Of a DNA stretch of 64,000 nucleotides, positions 27,437 through 37,580 are shown piece after piece; the stretch's first letter is position 1; each line of letters begins with the position of its first letter. The notes beneath the pieces were generated by a model. The model was not told the origin of the DNA and ran no database searches. It saw only the letters and a program-made list of their open reading frames with translations. The stretch covers positions 74,260 through 138,259 of the forward strand of contig JBDRBB010000003.1 in NCBI GenBank assembly GCA_043823065.1. Direction: 5' to 3'. Origin of the DNA: Pseudomonadota bacterium (GTDB lineage: Bacteria > UBA10199 > 2-02-FULL-44-16 > DYJF01). A program made the translations under genes and the position numbers.

Positions 27437-28813
27437 ATGAGCAATCTAGGTGTAGTAATTCTTGCTGCTGGGCAAAGCAAGCGCCTAAAATCCAAAATTT
27501 CTAAGGTTAGGCACGAGTTAGCTGGCCGTCCTGTGGTTAGTTATCCTATTGAAATCGCTAAAAAACTTACAAAAGATCAAATTTATGTAGTAATCAGCCC
27601 AGGCCAATCTGAATTAGAAAATATCATCCAGAGTTTGGAAGCTAAAGTTGCTATTCAAGAAAAACCCTTGGGCACTGCTCATGCAGTTATGCAAACTGAA
27701 AAGCAACTATCCTCTTTCTCAGGCCATATTTTGATTCTTTGCGGAGATGTTCCTTTGATCCGCCTGGAAACTCTTCAAGTTTTAGTTAATAAAACCATCA
27801 AAAACAAAAGCAGTTGTGGTGTTCTAACCTTTGCCATTCCTGAACCTGGTCATTACGGTCGCATTGTCCGCAATGGTGAAGGGAAAATTATCAAGATTGT
27901 TGAAGCCAAAGATGCCAGCCCAGAAGAATTGGAAACTAAAGAAGTTAATAGCGGCATTTACTGCGTGGAAAAAGATTGGTTGTTTGAAACCTTGAAAAAT
28001 ATCAAGGCTGATAATCATCAAAAAGAATTTTATTTAACGGACATCATTGAAATTGCTATTCAGCAAAACAGACACCCCTTGGCAATTTTAGCTGATGATC
28101 CCCATGAATTATTGGGCATTAATAGCCGCGCAGATCTGGCTCAAGTCGCATCTGCCATGCGCAATAGAATTAATTCTTGGCACATGGCAAATGGTGTCAG
28201 CATTATAGCTCCTGATCAAACCTATATTGATTATGATGTTAAAATTGAAAATGATGTCACTATTTGGCCTGGAACTTTTATCTTAGGTAAAACCACCATT
28301 GACCAAGATTGTGTAATTGAAAATGGAGTTGTGATAAAAAATTCGCAACTAGCCAAAAACGTGCAGGTTAAATCACATAGCGTTTTAGAAAATTGCACAG
28401 TTGGAGCGGAAAGCTTGGTGGGTCCCTTTGCCAGATTAAGACCTGAAACCAAACTGGGTAAAAAAGTTAGAGTTGGCAATTTTGTGGAAATTAAAAAAAG
28501 CGAAATTCAAGATGGCTCTAAAGCCAATCACCTCACTTATATTGGAGATAGCAAAATTGGCTCGCAGGTAAATGTCGGGGCTGGCACGATCACCTGCAAT
28601 TATGACGGGGCTAACAAACATTTAACTGTAATTGAAGATGATGTATTTGTAGGCAGCGATGTCCAATTTATTGCCCCTGTAAAAATCGGCAAAGGCGCCA
28701 CTATTGGGGCGGGCTCAACCATTACTGAGGATGTTCCTCCTAATACTTTAGCCTTATCCAGATCCAAACAAACTCTAAAAAAAGACTGGAAAAGGCCCCA
28801 AAAAAAGAAGTAA
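27437..28813 (+). CDS. glmU: Bifunctional UDP-GlcNAc pyrophosphorylase / GlcN-1-P acetyltransferase
   Basis: VILAAGQSKRLKS, LGTAHAV, GDVPLI, GPFARLRP, GNFVEIK, NYDGANK; ATG 27437 after GGAGG. Confidence 0.96.
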   Translation: MSNLGVVILAAGQSKRLKSKISKVRHELAGRPVVSYPIEIAKKLTKDQIYVVISPGQSELENIIQSLEAKVAIQEKPLGTAHAVMQTEKQLSSFSGHILILCGDVPLIRLETLQVLVNKTIKNKSSCGVLTFAIPEPGHYGRIVRNGEGKIIKIVEAKDASPEELETKEVNSGIYCVEKDWLFETLKNIKADNHQKEFYLTDIIEIAIQQNRHPLAILADDPHELLGINSRADLAQVASAMRNRINSWHMANGVSIIAPDQTYIDYDVKIENDVTIWPGTFILGKTTIDQDCVIENGVVIKNSQLAKNVQVKSHSVLENCTVGAESLVGPFARLRPETKLGKKVRVGNFVEIKKSEIQDGSKANHLTYIGDSKIGSQVNVGAGTITCNYDGANKHLTVIEDDVFVGSDVQFIAPVKIGKGATIGAGSTITEDVPPNTLALSRSKQTLKKDWKRPQKKK

Positions 28814-28884
28814 CACACCTCAGTATTTTTCCCTTTTCAAGAACCAGTCCTATCTGCTAAAAGTCAAAAATTATGCGTTGTTAA

Positions 28885-28961
28885 TTTCACCCTTCGACAA
28901 GCTCAGGGCGAACGGATAACCAATAACCTATCCGTTCATGCTAAGCGTCCTCGAAGCATGA
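28885..28961. repeat. REP-like element, family C, between glmU and glmS
   Basis: TTTCACCCTTCGACAAGCTCAGGGCGAACGG (28885-28915) is the exact reverse complement of 56212-56242. Confidence 0.85.
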
Positions 28962-28988
28962 ATGACATATCAACCTGGGAGATATTCA

Positions 28989-30818
28989 ATGTGCGGAATT
29001 ATTGGCTATGTGGGAGATAGACAGGCAAAAGACGTTCTCCTGGACGGCTTAAAAAGACTAGAATACCGCGGATATGATTCTGCTGGCATTGCTATCTATA
29101 ATTCAGAAGTCGTCATTAAAAGAGCTGAAGGAAAACTGGCTAAACTAGAGGCTATAGTTAATGAGGCACCTCCTCAAGGACACTTGGGCATTGGCCATAC
29201 CCGCTGGGCCACCCACGGCCGGCCTTCAGAAACAAATGCTCACCCCCATCGCGCTGGAAACATTATCCTGGTTCATAACGGCATTGTGGAAAATCATGTA
29301 GAGTTAAAAGATTTTTTGGAAAAAAATGGCCATGAATTTACCTCAGAAACAGACACAGAAGTTGCTTGTCACCTAATTAGTCATTTTGCCGTAGAATCTA
29401 ATAACACTTTTGAAGCTATCCAAAAGGCCCTACAAAAAATTCGCGGTTCCTATGCCCTGGTAATCATGGATGTTAAAGATAAAACTCGTCTGTATATGGC
29501 CAAAAAGGCCTCTCCATTGGTTATAGGCTTGGGCCAAGGCGAAAATTTTGTGGCTTCAGATATTCCTGCCCTACTTCCTTACACTAAACACATGATTTTT
29601 TTAGATGATGGTGAAATTGGCATTTTAACCAAAGATTCCGTGCAAATTTTTTCGGACAAAGGAGAGCCTGTGGCAAAAGAGCCGCAAAACATCCCCTGGA
29701 ACCCTTTAATGGCTGAGCGTGGCGGATATAAGCACTTTATGCTCAAAGAAATTTTTGAGCAGCCCACAGCAGTGGAAAACACTTTGGCTGGTAGAATTTC
29801 TCATGCTACTGATGCCATCCTTTTAGATGAAATAAAAACCATTTTTCCAAACAATACTTTTCCTTATAATGAGATAACCATTATTGCCTGCGGAACCTCT
29901 TGGCACGCTGGTTTAGTCGGCAAATACTATATTGAAAAATTTGCCAGAATCAGAGTTAATGTTGATTTGGCTTCTGAATATCGCTACCGCAACCCAATTG
30001 TGGATGAAAAAACGCTGGTTATTCCCATTTCCCAATCTGGCGAAACTGCAGATACTTTGGCTGCCGTAAAAATGGTTCAGGAAAAAGGCGCCAAAGTTCT
30101 TTCTATTTGCAATGTTGTGGGCAGCTCTATTTCTCGCATTGCTGAGGCAAATTTATATACTCACGCTGGTCCGGAAATTGGTGTTGCATCCACCAAAGCT
30201 TTCACTGCCCAATTAGCCGTGCTTTTATTGTTTGCTTTGTATCTTGGCCATTATTTAAAAAACATTGATAATCAGACCTATCATAAATATGTGGAAGAGA
30301 TGTTCACTATTCCGCGTAAATTAAAAAAAATTTTAGACAGCGCTGATCAAATTAAAGCGATAGCCGAAGAAATTGTTAGCGCTCCTAATGTAATTTTTAT
30401 TGCCAGAGGCGCTTCCTACCCAATTGCCCTGGAAGGCGCCTTGAAGCTCAAAGAAATTTCCTATATGCACGCAGAGGGCTTTCCTGCGGGGGAATTAAAA
30501 CATGGTCCCATTGCCTTGGTGGACAATGATATACCAGTAATTGCCACAATTCCCCAAGATGATACTTATGAAAAAACATTATCAAACATTGAAGAAGTTA
30601 GAGCTAGAGGGGCTAAAGTGATTAGCATAACCACCAATGGCCAAAGCGACTTAAAAAATATTTCAGCACACGTGATCAGCATTCCTAAAGCCAGCTGGTT
30701 TATCACCCCCTTGTTAGCTACTATTCCTTTACAGCTCATTGCCTATTATGTGGCAGACCATAAAGGAACTGATGTGGATCAACCACGCAATTTAGCCAAG
30801 AGTGTAACTGTTGAATGA
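28989..30818 (+). CDS. glmS: Glutamine-fructose-6-phosphate aminotransferase
   Basis: MCGIIGY, LEYRGYDSAG, GHTRWATHG, SQSGETADT, PRNLAKSVTVE. Confidence 0.98.
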   Translation: MCGIIGYVGDRQAKDVLLDGLKRLEYRGYDSAGIAIYNSEVVIKRAEGKLAKLEAIVNEAPPQGHLGIGHTRWATHGRPSETNAHPHRAGNIILVHNGIVENHVELKDFLEKNGHEFTSETDTEVACHLISHFAVESNNTFEAIQKALQKIRGSYALVIMDVKDKTRLYMAKKASPLVIGLGQGENFVASDIPALLPYTKHMIFLDDGEIGILTKDSVQIFSDKGEPVAKEPQNIPWNPLMAERGGYKHFMLKEIFEQPTAVENTLAGRISHATDAILLDEIKTIFPNNTFPYNEITIIACGTSWHAGLVGKYYIEKFARIRVNVDLASEYRYRNPIVDEKTLVIPISQSGETADTLAAVKMVQEKGAKVLSICNVVGSSISRIAEANLYTHAGPEIGVASTKAFTAQLAVLLLFALYLGHYLKNIDNQTYHKYVEEMFTIPRKLKKILDSADQIKAIAEEIVSAPNVIFIARGASYPIALEGALKLKEISYMHAEGFPAGELKHGPIALVDNDIPVIATIPQDDTYEKTLSNIEEVRARGAKVISITTNGQSDLKNISAHVISIPKASWFITPLLATIPLQLIAYYVADHKGTDVDQPRNLAKSVTVE

Positions 30819-33016
30819 ATTTAAATCCTCAACAACTTGAAGCAGTAAAACATGCCCAAGGTCCTTTGCTAGTAATCGCTGGCGCGGGCAGCGGCAAGAC
30901 CCGCGTAATTGTGCACCGCATTGCTCATCTCATCCAAAACCAGGGCGCACATCCAGCCAGTATCTTGGCTGTAACTTTCACCAACAAAGCTGCCGGAGAA
31001 ATGCGCAACCGGTTGGAAAAAATGTTAGGCACCAATTTGCGCAGTCTTTGGGTTTCTACTTTTCATTCCACTTGTTTGCGTATCTTGCGCTCTTATCCGG
31101 AAAAAGTTGGTTTGGGACCAAACTTTCAAATTTTGGATGAAGGCGGACAAATTGCGGTTATCAAAGAAGTGTTGGGAGAATTAAACATCAGCGAAAAGCT
31201 GATCACCCCTGCTTCTGCCTTAAACCATATTTCCCGCGCTAAAGATCGCTGCCTAGATCCCTTAAGATTCCAGACTGAATGTGATAATTTCTACCTGAAC
31301 AAAGTAGCATTGGTTTACGAAGCTTATCAAAAAAAATTATTTGAGACCCAGAACGTGGATTTTGGCGATCTGATTCGTTTGACTGTTCTGCTCCTGGAAA
31401 AAAATCCTGAAATCTTGGCTGGCTATCAAAAAAGATTTAACCATATTTTAGTGGACGAATATCAAGACACCAACCATGCCCAGTATCGTTTAATAGAACT
31501 ACTGGTGCGTGAGCATCAGAATTTAAGCGTGGTTGGCGATGAAGACCAAAGCATCTATCGCTGGCGAGGAGCGGATATCTCCAATATTTTGCGTTTTGAA
31601 AAAGATTTTCCTGGCGCCAAAGTGGTGCGTTTGGAGCAAAACTACCGTTCCACAAAAACTATTTTAGCTGCTGCCCAAAAAGTTATTGAAAATAATTTTG
31701 GCCGCAAAGCCAAAACACTTTGGACCGAAGGCGCGCAAGGCTCAGCCCTAAAAATCCTCTCTTGCGTCTCAGAAAAAGCTGAAGCTGAAGCAATTGCCAA
31801 TGAAATTTTAGATTTAAGCGCGCAAAATAAATCCTTAAATGATATAGCAGTTTTTTATCGTACCAATGCCCAGTCCCGGCCGTTTGAAGACGTGTTTTTA
31901 GCTAACAATATCCCTTATCGCATTTACGGTGGCATTCGCTTTTATGAAAGAATGGAGATCAAAGACGCCCTAGCCTATTTGCGCTTGATTGCTAATCCAA
32001 GAGATGATGTTTCGTTTTCCAGAATTATTAATGTGCCAGCCCGCGGCATTGGCAAAGAAACAGTAAATCGATTAAAGGAATTTGCTGGTTCTCAAAACAA
32101 ATTCTTGTTTGAAGCAATTCCAGATTTTTGTAATTCCAGCAACATCAGGCCTAATACTGCTAAAAAATTAAAAAGTTTTTATCAGCTAATAACTGAGCTG
32201 CAGCAAGGCTTTGCCACTTTGTCTCTAGCTGATCTGGTGCGCGAGGTTATGGAAAAAAGCGGGTATATCCAGGCCTTAAATCTAAAAAATGATTATGAAG
32301 CTCAAGATCGGCTGGAAAATATTAATGAATTAATTAATGCAGTAGATGAATTTCGGCCGCAATCAGATGCGCCCCAATTGGTGCAATTCTTAGATCAAGT
32401 GGCGTTGATTAGCGATCTGGATAAAATGAATCCAGACAACCAAACTGTGACTTTAATGACCATCCATCTAGCCAAAGGTTTAGAATTCGAGAACGTGTTT
32501 ATGGTTGGTCTGGAAGAAGGCTTGTTTCCACATTCCAGATCAATGGATGACCCTGAAGAATTGGAAGAAGAACGCCGGCTTTGTTATGTAGGCATGACCC
32601 GGGCAAAACAAAACTTAACCTTGTCTCATGCTTTCAGGCGCAGCTTATTTGGCAAGAGCCAATATAGTGTAGTTTCCAGGTTTATTGATGAGATACCTGA
32701 GGAGTATACTGTTCGTCATGATGTCATTCCTGCACAAAGAGGAATTCAAAGTGGTACCAACATGGATTCCCGCTTTCGCGGGAATGACAAATGGATGGAC
32801 ACCGTACTCGAATATGACTTTGACCAACGCCACCCAGAAGAACGACTGGGCCAATATGCTGCTGGCAAATATGTTTCCCACCCAGCTTTTGGCCAAGGAC
32901 GCATCAAAAAATGCGAACCTTCCAATGCTGGTCACAAAGTCACGGTTCAATTCCAAACTGGAGTGGTCAAAAAACTTATTGCTGAAAAAGCCGGACTTAT
33001 TGTATTGGAAAGTTAA
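30815..33016 (+). CDS. pcrA: UvrD/PcrA ATP-dependent DNA helicase
   Basis: AGAGSGKT, TFTNKAAGEM, DEYQDTN, VGDEDQSIYRWRGA, TIHLAKGLEF, EERRLCYVGMTRA, C-terminal HPAFGQG domain. Confidence 0.95.
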   Translation: MNLNPQQLEAVKHAQGPLLVIAGAGSGKTRVIVHRIAHLIQNQGAHPASILAVTFTNKAAGEMRNRLEKMLGTNLRSLWVSTFHSTCLRILRSYPEKVGLGPNFQILDEGGQIAVIKEVLGELNISEKLITPASALNHISRAKDRCLDPLRFQTECDNFYLNKVALVYEAYQKKLFETQNVDFGDLIRLTVLLLEKNPEILAGYQKRFNHILVDEYQDTNHAQYRLIELLVREHQNLSVVGDEDQSIYRWRGADISNILRFEKDFPGAKVVRLEQNYRSTKTILAAAQKVIENNFGRKAKTLWTEGAQGSALKILSCVSEKAEAEAIANEILDLSAQNKSLNDIAVFYRTNAQSRPFEDVFLANNIPYRIYGGIRFYERMEIKDALAYLRLIANPRDDVSFSRIINVPARGIGKETVNRLKEFAGSQNKFLFEAIPDFCNSSNIRPNTAKKLKSFYQLITELQQGFATLSLADLVREVMEKSGYIQALNLKNDYEAQDRLENINELINAVDEFRPQSDAPQLVQFLDQVALISDLDKMNPDNQTVTLMTIHLAKGLEFENVFMVGLEEGLFPHSRSMDDPEELEEERRLCYVGMTRAKQNLTLSHAFRRSLFGKSQYSVVSRFIDEIPEEYTVRHDVIPAQRGIQSGTNMDSRFRGNDKWMDTVLEYDFDQRHPEERLGQYAAGKYVSHPAFGQGRIKKCEPSNAGHKVTVQFQTGVVKKLIAEKAGLIVLES
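32722..32789. repeat. REP-like element, family A, in frame inside pcrA
   Basis: TGTCATTCCTGCACAAAGAGGAATTCAA...TGGATTCCCGCTTTCGCGGGAATGACA; reads VIPAQRGIQSGTNMDSRFRGND; 27 bp identical to 22618-22644. Confidence 0.9.
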
Positions 33017-33025
33017 CGATTACTT

Positions 33026-33943
33026 ATGGATCTATCTAAACATATTCATGCTAATCTAATTTTGTTCAAAGTTAAAGCTTTGAACAAACAAGAATTGCTA
33101 TCAGCCATGACCGATTGCATAATGAAATCATCCACGGTGCAAAATACCGGTCTTTCCAGGGAAAAGGTATTGCAGGCAATTGATGAAAGAGAGAAAGTCT
33201 CATCTACTGGTGTTGGCAGTGGGTTTGCTTTCCCTCATGCCAGGCTGCCCAAACTTAAGGACTTGGCAATTTGCCTAGCAATTCTGGATCAGGAAATTGA
33301 TTATGATTCCTATGATAATAAACCGGTAACTTTTGCCTGCCTAATTTTAGCGCCTGAGACAAAACCCACACTTGCTCTAAAAGCAATGTCCCAAATAATT
33401 CGCATTTTTTCCCATGAAGATGGAAGAAATTTCTTACAAAATGTCTCCAGCTCAGCTGAAATCATTAAATATATTAAGAGTGCCAATATAGACCTTACTG
33501 CCACAATATTGGCCAGAGACATTATGAGAAGCCCTATTTTGGTAATTCATCCTGAGGATTCATTAAAAATTATCACTCGCCGCATGGCGGAAAAACAAAT
33601 TCACGTGCTTCCAGTGGTGGATAAAAACAAAAAAATAATTGGTGAAATCGTTTGTGAACGTCTTTTACAATTAGGTCTGCCGGATTTTTTTAGCAGCCTT
33701 AAAAGCGTCAGGTTTATTCGAGAATTTGATCCTTTTGAAAAATATTTTCACGATGAAGCGGCAGCCACTGCTAAGGACGTAATGCACACTGACTTCTGCA
33801 CTATGCCTCCTGACGCAACTATCCTGGAAGTGGTATTTGCATTGAGCGTGAATCGTTTTCCAAAAATCTATGTGATAGATAATGATAAACTTGTTGGAAT
33901 TATAGATCAAAGCACAGTACTGAAAAAAATAATCAATCTTTAA
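33026..33943 (+). CDS. PTS EIIA(Ntr/Fru)-type domain fused to a CBS pair
   Basis: EREKVSSTGVGSGFAFPHAR (phospho-His motif), then ARDIMR...LPVVD and AKDVMH...LVGIID CBS motifs. Confidence 0.85.
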   Translation: MDLSKHIHANLILFKVKALNKQELLSAMTDCIMKSSTVQNTGLSREKVLQAIDEREKVSSTGVGSGFAFPHARLPKLKDLAICLAILDQEIDYDSYDNKPVTFACLILAPETKPTLALKAMSQIIRIFSHEDGRNFLQNVSSSAEIIKYIKSANIDLTATILARDIMRSPILVIHPEDSLKIITRRMAEKQIHVLPVVDKNKKIIGEIVCERLLQLGLPDFFSSLKSVRFIREFDPFEKYFHDEAAATAKDVMHTDFCTMPPDATILEVVFALSVNRFPKIYVIDNDKLVGIIDQSTVLKKIINL

Positions 33944-33949
33944 ATAAAT

Positions 33950-35269
33950 ATGATCCTGACCATAATAATTTTTATAGCAACCTATGTTCTGATTGCTTCT
34001 GAAAAAATAGATAAATCATTGGCAGCCTTATTGGGTGCTGGTTTGGTGCTTTTTTTTCATCTGGCCCCATATCATGAACTATTTGCCAAGGTTAATTTTA
34101 ACGTGATTTTTTTGCTCATGGGCATGATGATTGCTGTCAATATTTTAGCCACCACCGGCATTTTTGAATGGGTAGCCATTGTTATTGCCAGATGGGCCAA
34201 AGGCAATGGCATGGTTATATTAATTGGATTTCTATTAATTACCGCTATAATTTCCGCTTTTTTGGATAACGTAACCACTATTGTCTTAATCGCTCCTATT
34301 ACCATATTAATTACCCAGATCTTAGAAATCCCAACCGTGCCTATTTTGATTCTGGAAGCAATCTTTTCTAATATCGGTGGTACTGCCACCATGGTTGGCG
34401 ATCCCCCCAATATAATAATTGGTTCTGAAACTGCTCTATCTTTTAATGATTTTATTTTTCACCTCTCCCCTGTAATCATCATTTTGTCGGCAATTTTAGT
34501 TCTTGCTTTCTTTTATTTATTCGCTCGCATGGTGGAAGTTGCCCCAGAAATAAAAATGCGAGTTATGCGAGCAGAACCAAAGCTGGCTATCATAGAACCA
34601 GCGCGCCTTAAACGAGCATTGCCTCTACTGGGCTTAATACTTTTAGGTTTTTTTTGCAGCCGCTATATTAATGTCGAGCCTGGGATAATTGCCCTTTGTG
34701 GATCGCTATTAATGGTAATTGTCTGCAGATTGGATATGCATCAAATATTGTTAAAAGTGGAATGGGTCACTATTTTGTTTTTCATCGGATTATTTATTTT
34801 AATAGGCGCCTTGGAGATAAATGGCGTGTTTAATATTCTTGGCTCTTATATGCTTACCCTTACCCAGCAAAATCTTCTGCTAACCGTACTTGCCGTGCTT
34901 TGGTTCAGCGCTATTGCTTCAGCAATTGTGGACAACATCCCCTTGGTCATTGCCATGATTCCAGTAATAAAATCTCTTATTCCTTTTTTTGCCATGCAAA
35001 AAGGAATTGTTGGCTATGAAGAGTTAATTCGGTTGCAAATTGAACAGCCTCTATTTTGGGCATTGGCTTTGGGCGCCTGCCTGGGTGGCAATGGCACCTT
35101 GATTGGTGCTTCAGCCAATATCCTGGTCGCGCAAATTGCCAGACGCAACAAATATAAACTGTCCTTCTGGCATTTTACCAAATACGGTTTTCCCATAATG
35201 ATTGTCTGCCTCGTGATTTGCACGCTTTATCTTTATTTACGCTACTTTGCCCTGACCGGAAATTCATAG
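33950..35269 (+). CDS. ArsB/NhaD (SLC13/P-protein-like) ion permease
   Basis: SAFLDNVTT, SNIGGTATMVGDPPNIII, SAIVDNIP, LGGNGTLIGASAN. Confidence 0.9.
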   Translation: MILTIIIFIATYVLIASEKIDKSLAALLGAGLVLFFHLAPYHELFAKVNFNVIFLLMGMMIAVNILATTGIFEWVAIVIARWAKGNGMVILIGFLLITAIISAFLDNVTTIVLIAPITILITQILEIPTVPILILEAIFSNIGGTATMVGDPPNIIIGSETALSFNDFIFHLSPVIIILSAILVLAFFYLFARMVEVAPEIKMRVMRAEPKLAIIEPARLKRALPLLGLILLGFFCSRYINVEPGIIALCGSLLMVIVCRLDMHQILLKVEWVTILFFIGLFILIGALEINGVFNILGSYMLTLTQQNLLLTVLAVLWFSAIASAIVDNIPLVIAMIPVIKSLIPFFAMQKGIVGYEELIRLQIEQPLFWALALGACLGGNGTLIGASANILVAQIARRNKYKLSFWHFTKYGFPIMIVCLVICTLYLYLRYFALTGNS

Positions 35270-36606
35270 AATTTGGCAATATAATCAGCCAATTTGAATT
35301 TGGCTTTAAGGCCGTTGAAGCTCATATATCTGATTTTGCCAAAGATGGGATTTTTGTTCCAAGCTCGGTCGTGGAGGCCACCGATGGACCACATAATTCC
35401 TGCATAACCATTAGGATCGCGGCCGTCCAACTCATATTTATCATTTAAATAGATAGCATTTTTGATGGCGGTCTCAGGAGTGGCGCTCCACTCCAGGATC
35501 TTTTTGGCCCAATACATGCGCATATAACCATGCATTTTGCCGGTTTCAACCATTTGTCTCTGGGCCGCGTTCCAAGCCAGGTCATGAGTTTCGGCCTGTT
35601 CCAACTGCTGAAGAGAATAGATATATTGGCGCTTATCTTTACGGTGTTCATTTAAGGTTTTTTGTGCCCAATGCGGCAACCCACGAAAACTGTCATACTT
35701 GGGATTATAAAAACAAAAATTATCAGCCAGTTCCCTTCTCACAATTAATTCTTCTAAAAAAGCCTGTTTAGCTGCAGCAGGCGCTCCACTTGCTTTAACC
35801 TGGTGAGCAATAGTTAAAGAAGATATTTGGCCAAAGTGCAGATATGGCGACAAATTAGACGGCCCATTTTGGTTAGGATCATTACGAGCATGATCATAAT
35901 TTTTTAAGCTATTTCTGATAAAATCATTACAAACTTTTAAGCCAGCTTTTTGGCCCGGCTTTAACCATTGGACAGGCTTAACTTTCTCATCAACTTTTAG
36001 AGTTTTTCTAATATCATTCCAATTAACTTTTGGCTTTATTTTCAACAAATATGGATGTTTCTTGATTGCCGGATATTTTTCCAAATAATCTGGAAGTTGA
36101 TCATGAATTTTTCTACGAATCGTGCGCGCGGCAAATTCTTGTTTTGCAGAAGTTTGCCAGCAAGGTACAATATTGCGTGCGTCAACTTCGTAAAAAGGAA
36201 AATTGATTTTGCCAGCCACTGTTTTCTTCCAGGCCATTTTGATTTTCAAAGGTTCAAAGTCTGTAACCAGCAGACCTGCTTTAATTTTTTGTAAAAAATT
36301 GGGCAGTTCTCGATCTAGCTCTCCGGTTAAGACAATAAAAGGAATATTTTTTGCTTTAAGGTTTATCTCCACTTCTTCCAGCCCTTTTAACATAAAATCA
36401 TACTGCCTGATTGTTGCTTGTAAAAACTTGGGAACCAAGCAGAAAACCACCACCAAAGGAACTTTCAAAGAAAGGGCTTTTTGCTGGGCAAAGATTAGAG
36501 CCCAGTTATCTCGGGAACGCTGGTCGCGGCCCATCCAATAAACAACTGGTCCAGATTTGTAGGAAGTTTTTTTTAGAAAACATGCTCTTTGAGAAAGCAT
36601 TTTCAT
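35242..36606 (-). CDS. phrB: Class II CPD photolyase
   Basis: VVYWMGRDQRSRDNWAL, SNLSPYLHFGQIS, EELIVRRELADNF, HGYMRMYWAKKILEW, DGRDPNGY. Confidence 0.95.
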   Translation of the reverse strand: MKMLSQRACFLKKTSYKSGPVVYWMGRDQRSRDNWALIFAQQKALSLKVPLVVVFCLVPKFLQATIRQYDFMLKGLEEVEINLKAKNIPFIVLTGELDRELPNFLQKIKAGLLVTDFEPLKIKMAWKKTVAGKINFPFYEVDARNIVPCWQTSAKQEFAARTIRRKIHDQLPDYLEKYPAIKKHPYLLKIKPKVNWNDIRKTLKVDEKVKPVQWLKPGQKAGLKVCNDFIRNSLKNYDHARNDPNQNGPSNLSPYLHFGQISSLTIAHQVKASGAPAAAKQAFLEELIVRRELADNFCFYNPKYDSFRGLPHWAQKTLNEHRKDKRQYIYSLQQLEQAETHDLAWNAAQRQMVETGKMHGYMRMYWAKKILEWSATPETAIKNAIYLNDKYELDGRDPNGYAGIMWSIGGLHDRAWNKNPIFGKIRYMSFNGLKAKFKLADYIAKFYEFPVRAK

Positions 36607-36611
36607 TTATA

Positions 36612-37580
36612 TTAGCCCCAATCACGTCCTTTGCCAGAATCTGTCACTTCCAGCAATTCTTCTGGGTAGGGATTAAAAAAGGTTTGCGCACTTAAATATT
36701 TTTCTTCAAACCTGGCTATCAAAGATTTGATAACTGCTGTGGGCACACTTAAAGGAACTTTTTTAGCGCGATATTTTTCTAAAGTTTCCAAAAAATATTT
36801 TTTCTCGCTGGATTTAATATTTTTGGAAAAATAACCAAACGCATGCAAGAGCACATTGCTGCAAGTGCTGATCCTGGGCTGTTTCAAAAAAGCATTAAAA
36901 AAATGAGCCTCATATAAATCCACAACTTCGACCACTAATTTTTGTTCATGATTGGCTACAATTTGGCCCAAATTTTTCAGTTCTTTTTGATCATAGGCCA
37001 TGAGCAGCAATTTGTTTTGCGTGTGAAACCTCACCAGCTTGTCCATACAAGCTGTTTTTTTTAAGTTGCGAAATTTGGCAAAAATAAAAAGCTTGGTTAG
37101 AAAATTCTCCCTAATACCGAAATTTTTGAGTCTGCCTTCATCTTCCACAGGATAAAAAGCGAACCGCTTCAACACTTCTGCCCCAAAAAAACCTGATGTT
37201 GTGGAAATTGAACCTGATTTTTCTCTTCCCGGATAAACCTTCACCCCTTTTAAGCCACAAGAAGGAGATTTAAACTTTAAGATAAAACCATCCACATCTT
37301 TTATTTGGCCCAGAAAAAGATCGGCAAAACCTGTCATTTTGCTGGTAATTTCCAAGCCTGTGGCTGGCTGAAATAATTTGAGTTTTCCTTCTTCAGAAAT
37401 GATTCGGATTGGTTCTCTAGGCACACCCAGACCAATTTCCACTTCTGGACAAACAGTTTGAAATTCAACATATTTCTTCAAGCCTTCTACCACAGGGTCT
37501 GGCAAGGACTGTCCATTATACCGACAGGCAGCAAAGCCCAAACACTTGCTGGCTATGATAATGGGTTTTGGAAACATCAA
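36612..37580 (-). CDS. DUF523/DUF1722 (YbgA-like, 2-thiouracil desulfurase family) protein
   Basis: SKCLG..CRYNG, VCPEVEIGLGVPREP, KSPSCG, EDEGRL, HAFGYF. Confidence 0.9.
   Translation of the reverse strand: MMFPKPIIIASKCLGFAACRYNGQSLPDPVVEGLKKYVEFQTVCPEVEIGLGVPREPIRIISEEGKLKLFQPATGLEITSKMTGFADLFLGQIKDVDGFILKFKSPSCGLKGVKVYPGREKSGSISTTSGFFGAEVLKRFAFYPVEDEGRLKNFGIRENFLTKLFIFAKFRNLKKTACMDKLVRFHTQNKLLLMAYDQKELKNLGQIVANHEQKLVVEVVDLYEAHFFNAFLKQPRISTCSNVLLHAFGYFSKNIKSSEKKYFLETLEKYRAKKVPLSVPTAVIKSLIARFEEKYLSAQTFFNPYPEELLEVTDSGKGRDWG

Noticed and set aside
28814-28988. glmS ribozyme upstream of glmS
   Set aside because: The space is occupied by a family-C REP with an exact copy elsewhere; no ribozyme core was recognised.
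32645-33059. Overlapping 103-aa and 124-aa ORFs at the pcrA 3' end
   Set aside because: Alternative-frame readings of pcrA and its REP insert (e.g. VIPAKAGIH, WIPAFAGMT).
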